A stretch of DNA of 55,974 nucleotides, the filler included, from Candidatus Tectimicrobiota bacterium (GTDB lineage: Bacteria > JACPUC01), in the NCBI GenBank assembly GCA_016192455.1. It is 3 parts of 3 records of this genome, joined end to end, with 100 filler letters (N's around TTAATTAATTAA, not from the genome) between each part and the next. Parts side by side here need not be neighbours in the genome. Positions count along the whole stretch, not along the records: positions 41,441 to 55,974 come from JACPUC010000026.1; 2 more parts are not named here. One strand, 5' to 3'. The position numbers and the translations under genes were made by a program. Under the pieces are notes generated by a model. It worked only from the letters and a program-made list of their open reading frames with translations, was not told where the DNA came from and ran no database searches. This document shows, piece after piece, positions 53,498 through 55,974 of the stretch; the first letter of the stretch is position 1; the number at the start of each line of letters is the position of its first letter.

Positions 53498-54424
53498 ATG
53501 GCAATAACCAAGTGGCGTTGGTCCAGGAAGGGTGTCGCGCGGCTGGCGGGTGTGCTGGCCTTCTTCGCTGTTGGTCTGGCCGGCGGGGCCATACTCTCGC
53601 AGCGACTGGTGTTCGGCACCAACGGGGGGCCGGTCCCGAAGCTCAGCGAGGTTGCCGCCAGCCCTGAGCAGATCGACCAGCTCAACCCCTCCTCGCTCCC
53701 TCCCATCGGCATCTCCCCCGTGCCGCCCAGGGCGCAGGAGGGTCGGAGCCCGCAAGTGTCCGCCGACCCGGCGCCCACGTCGGCCGCGAACCTGCACGCC
53801 GATGGGGGGCATGCTCAGCCCGCCGACCCCGGCGGCGCAAAGGTGGACAACCTCACCACCATACCCTGGGCTGATCCTTACCCGGCCTCCCCCTTCAGCC
53901 TAACCGACCAGGATGGCAGGCTCGTTGCGCTCAACAGCCTCCAGGGCAGGGTTGTGGTCTTGAGCTTTCTCTACACCCACTGCAAGACCGTCTGTCCCCT
54001 CTTGGCACGGCAGTTGACGCAGCTCCAGCATGATCTCGGCCCCTTGATGAGGAGGGACATCCTCTTCCTGTCGGTCACCATCGACCCGAAGCGCGACACC
54101 CCCGAAGTGCTGAAGCGGTACGGCGAAACGCTCGGCATTGATTTCAGGAGTTGGCGGCTTCTCACCGGCCCGGAGGAGAGGGTTCAGGAGGTTCTGCGGG
54201 CCTATCGCGTCCACGTCGAGGTGGAGAAGGAGCCGCACGGGCCCCAGCAGGGGGAGGGCTACGAGCTTGCCCATGGCGCCCCCATCTACTTTATTGATCA
54301 GTGGGGGCGCGTGCGCAAGCGCACCGCGCCCACCATGCTGCCGCGCCTCGGTCAGCCGGCTCTCGAGTGGTTGGTGAAGCAGGGTGCGAGCGATACGACC
54401 AACGGCAAGGGGGGCCGCCACTAA
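53498..54424 (+). CDS. SCO/SenC-family copper chaperone
   Basis: N-terminal TM helix and Pro-rich linker; FSLTDQDG, YTHCKTVCP, SVTIDPKRDTPE, LAHGAPIYFID. Confidence 0.9.
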   Translation: MAITKWRWSRKGVARLAGVLAFFAVGLAGGAILSQRLVFGTNGGPVPKLSEVAASPEQIDQLNPSSLPPIGISPVPPRAQEGRSPQVSADPAPTSAANLHADGGHAQPADPGGAKVDNLTTIPWADPYPASPFSLTDQDGRLVALNSLQGRVVVLSFLYTHCKTVCPLLARQLTQLQHDLGPLMRRDILFLSVTIDPKRDTPEVLKRYGETLGIDFRSWRLLTGPEERVQEVLRAYRVHVEVEKEPHGPQQGEGYELAHGAPIYFIDQWGRVRKRTAPTMLPRLGQPALEWLVKQGASDTTNGKGGRH

Positions 54425-54672
54425 CGTAGCGTTGCAACCCCTCCTTCACGAAAAGAAAGGTCGTTCCCAATCAAAAGGCGGCGCTTGGGCGAGAAAGAGG
54501 CGCCGCAGCGCGAGAGGCAAAAAGAGAAAGGAGAGCACCCGGAATTCTCCTTTCCTCATTCTCCTCGTTCCCCTCTCATTGGCGGTGCGAGGGCACGGCT
54601 TCCCCACAACTCCCCCTGCCAATGCCGCCTGCAACACCCCACGTTGCCTCAGTGGACCCTCGAGACGTACAA

Positions 54673-55683
54673 CTAGAAGGCAATCTCTTTCGGCATGTGC
54701 GAGAAGACCGTATCGATGTGCTGTGCGGCTTCCGCGGGCAGCAACCCGAACTCGATGTTCTTCCGCAGGAAGAGCTTGGTGCTCTCCAGGAGCTTGGGGT
54801 TCCAGGCGCTCGGATACATGCGGGGGAGCATCTTGACCATGAGCTGCATCTGCGCCTCGGTCTTGATGCCGAGTATCTCCTTGGCGGCGGCGAACGTCTC
54901 GGCGGGGTGCGCCCTGACAAATCCGAGGGACTCCGCGATGGTCCGCACGAGGCGCTGCGAGCGTTGCGGGTTCTCCTTCACCCAGCCCTCATCCACGCCG
55001 ACGGCCACCGAGGTGAGGAACTCAGCGCCGGTCAGGTCGGTCCAAATCTCACCCAGGTTCGCCAACTCCCGGAACTCGCCGTCCGCAATCTTGCGGATGG
55101 TATTCTGGTCGGACTGGATGACTCCCGCCAGCTCCTTCTTCAAGAGAAGCCCCTGCAGCACCTGCGGAGCCCCGAAAACCAGCTTGAAGTCATTGTCGAT
55201 GTCGATGCCGCGCATCTTCAAGATGAGCTTGGCGATGTTGTAGATGCCGGTGACCTGGGAGAGGGACCCCACCCGCTGACCCTTCAGATCGGCAAAGCTC
55301 TTGGCGGGGGAATCGGCGGGCACCACCACGCTCCAGTGCGAGGTCATGAGCGGGGCGATGATGCGGATCGGGTTATTTCGCGCATTGGCGCGCACGGCCG
55401 CGACGACCCCCAGGATGCCGGCATCCACGTTCTTCTGCACCAGCGCCTGCATGGCCCGGTCCGGGGGAAAGCTCTTCAGATCGAGATCGATGCCGTTCTT
55501 GGCGTCGAACTGCTTGCTTTTCGCGATGCTCGTCACCACGCCGACGACGCTGCCGGTGGTGGCGAAGACGACCTTCTCCGCCGCCGCTGCTGGTTGCGCC
55601 GCTCGCGCCAGGAGCAGCGCACCCATGACCGCTACGACGGCGAGCCTCCCGGTGACGCCCCCAACGCTCCTGCAGGTACCCAT
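54673..55683 (-). CDS. ABC transporter substrate-binding protein (SsuA/NMT1/TauA-like)
   Basis: Signal peptide; [44 protein letters not shown]. Confidence 0.85.
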   Translation of the reverse strand: MGTCRSVGGVTGRLAVVAVMGALLLARAAQPAAAAEKVVFATTGSVVGVVTSIAKSKQFDAKNGIDLDLKSFPPDRAMQALVQKNVDAGILGVVAAVRANARNNPIRIIAPLMTSHWSVVVPADSPAKSFADLKGQRVGSLSQVTGIYNIAKLILKMRGIDIDNDFKLVFGAPQVLQGLLLKKELAGVIQSDQNTIRKIADGEFRELANLGEIWTDLTGAEFLTSVAVGVDEGWVKENPQRSQRLVRTIAESLGFVRAHPAETFAAAKEILGIKTEAQMQLMVKMLPRMYPSAWNPKLLESTKLFLRKNIEFGLLPAEAAQHIDTVFSHMPKEIAF

Positions 55684-55856
55684 GCTCCCTCCCTTGCCAG
55701 ACACCCTGGTCGATACGGTCGAGGCCATTGCGCCTCTCATGCGGCGCATCCGTCCTTGCAAGGAGAACCCTCTTCGAAGCAGCCGTTGCGCTCGCGCTGC
55801 GCCAGCTCTCAGCGCCAGGTTGCCCTCGCAAGGCACGCTGCGAGATATTTGCCGGA

Positions 55857-55974
55857 CTAGTACTTAGTTGCGTAATTCAGTTATACGCCTCGTAAGGGTG
55901 ACTGGGTGGACGACCGTTTTGCGCCACTCGAAGGGGGCGGCCTCAGGATTATAGGCGGCGATGAACGCTTCGAT
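55857..55974 (-). mobile_element. IS630-family element, right end and transposase C-terminus
   Basis: Minus strand gives IEAFIAAYNPEAAPFEWRKTVVHPVTLTRRITELRN* (stop 55864-55866), immediately followed by GTACTAG. Confidence 0.8.

Noticed and set aside
34559-54424. Treating the bd-like operon and the nos cluster as one physical supercluster
   Set aside because: An assembly linker at 41341-41440 separates them, so the true distance is unknown.

Overview
GC-rich bacterial sequence, very likely from a draft or metagenome assembly. It consists of three contigs joined by N-padded TTAATTAATTAA linkers (26800-26899 and 41341-41440), so adjacency across these gaps is not evidence of linkage. All three contig right ends run into IS ends at CTAG sites. 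Contig 1 (1-26799) carries a TCA/methylmalonyl-CoA block (two-subunit fumarase, SdhAB plus a CCG-domain subunit, sucCD, ndk, biotin carboxylase, BCCP, mutase large subunit, alaS). It continues with an orphan molybdopterin oxidoreductase, an AT-rich ParA+HEPN islet bounded by a duplicated promoter-like repeat, and a metallophosphoesterase. It ends with a BenE-like transporter and two selenoprotein genes that the ORF track splits at in-frame UGA codons (a PrdB/GrdB-like UxxC protein and a Sec-rhodanese), each with a SECIS-like hairpin. Contig 2 (26900-41340) has xseA-xseB-ispA-dxs-tlyA, a ferritin-like gene, a perfect parS palindrome, a cytochrome bd-like subunit I with three c-type cytochromes and no CydB, and a PaaK-like ligase. 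Contig 3 (41441-55974) has the tail of a TtrA-like gene, another molybdoenzyme, and the most striking locus. This is an Rrf2-headed nitrous oxide reductase cluster with a divergent non-Tat NosZ, a diheme cytochrome c fused to a CuA-like cupredoxin, NosB, CcdA/DsbD-like, membrane and two SCO genes, but no recognisable nosD, nosF, nosY or nosL. All calls come from motif reading by eye; no database searches were run.
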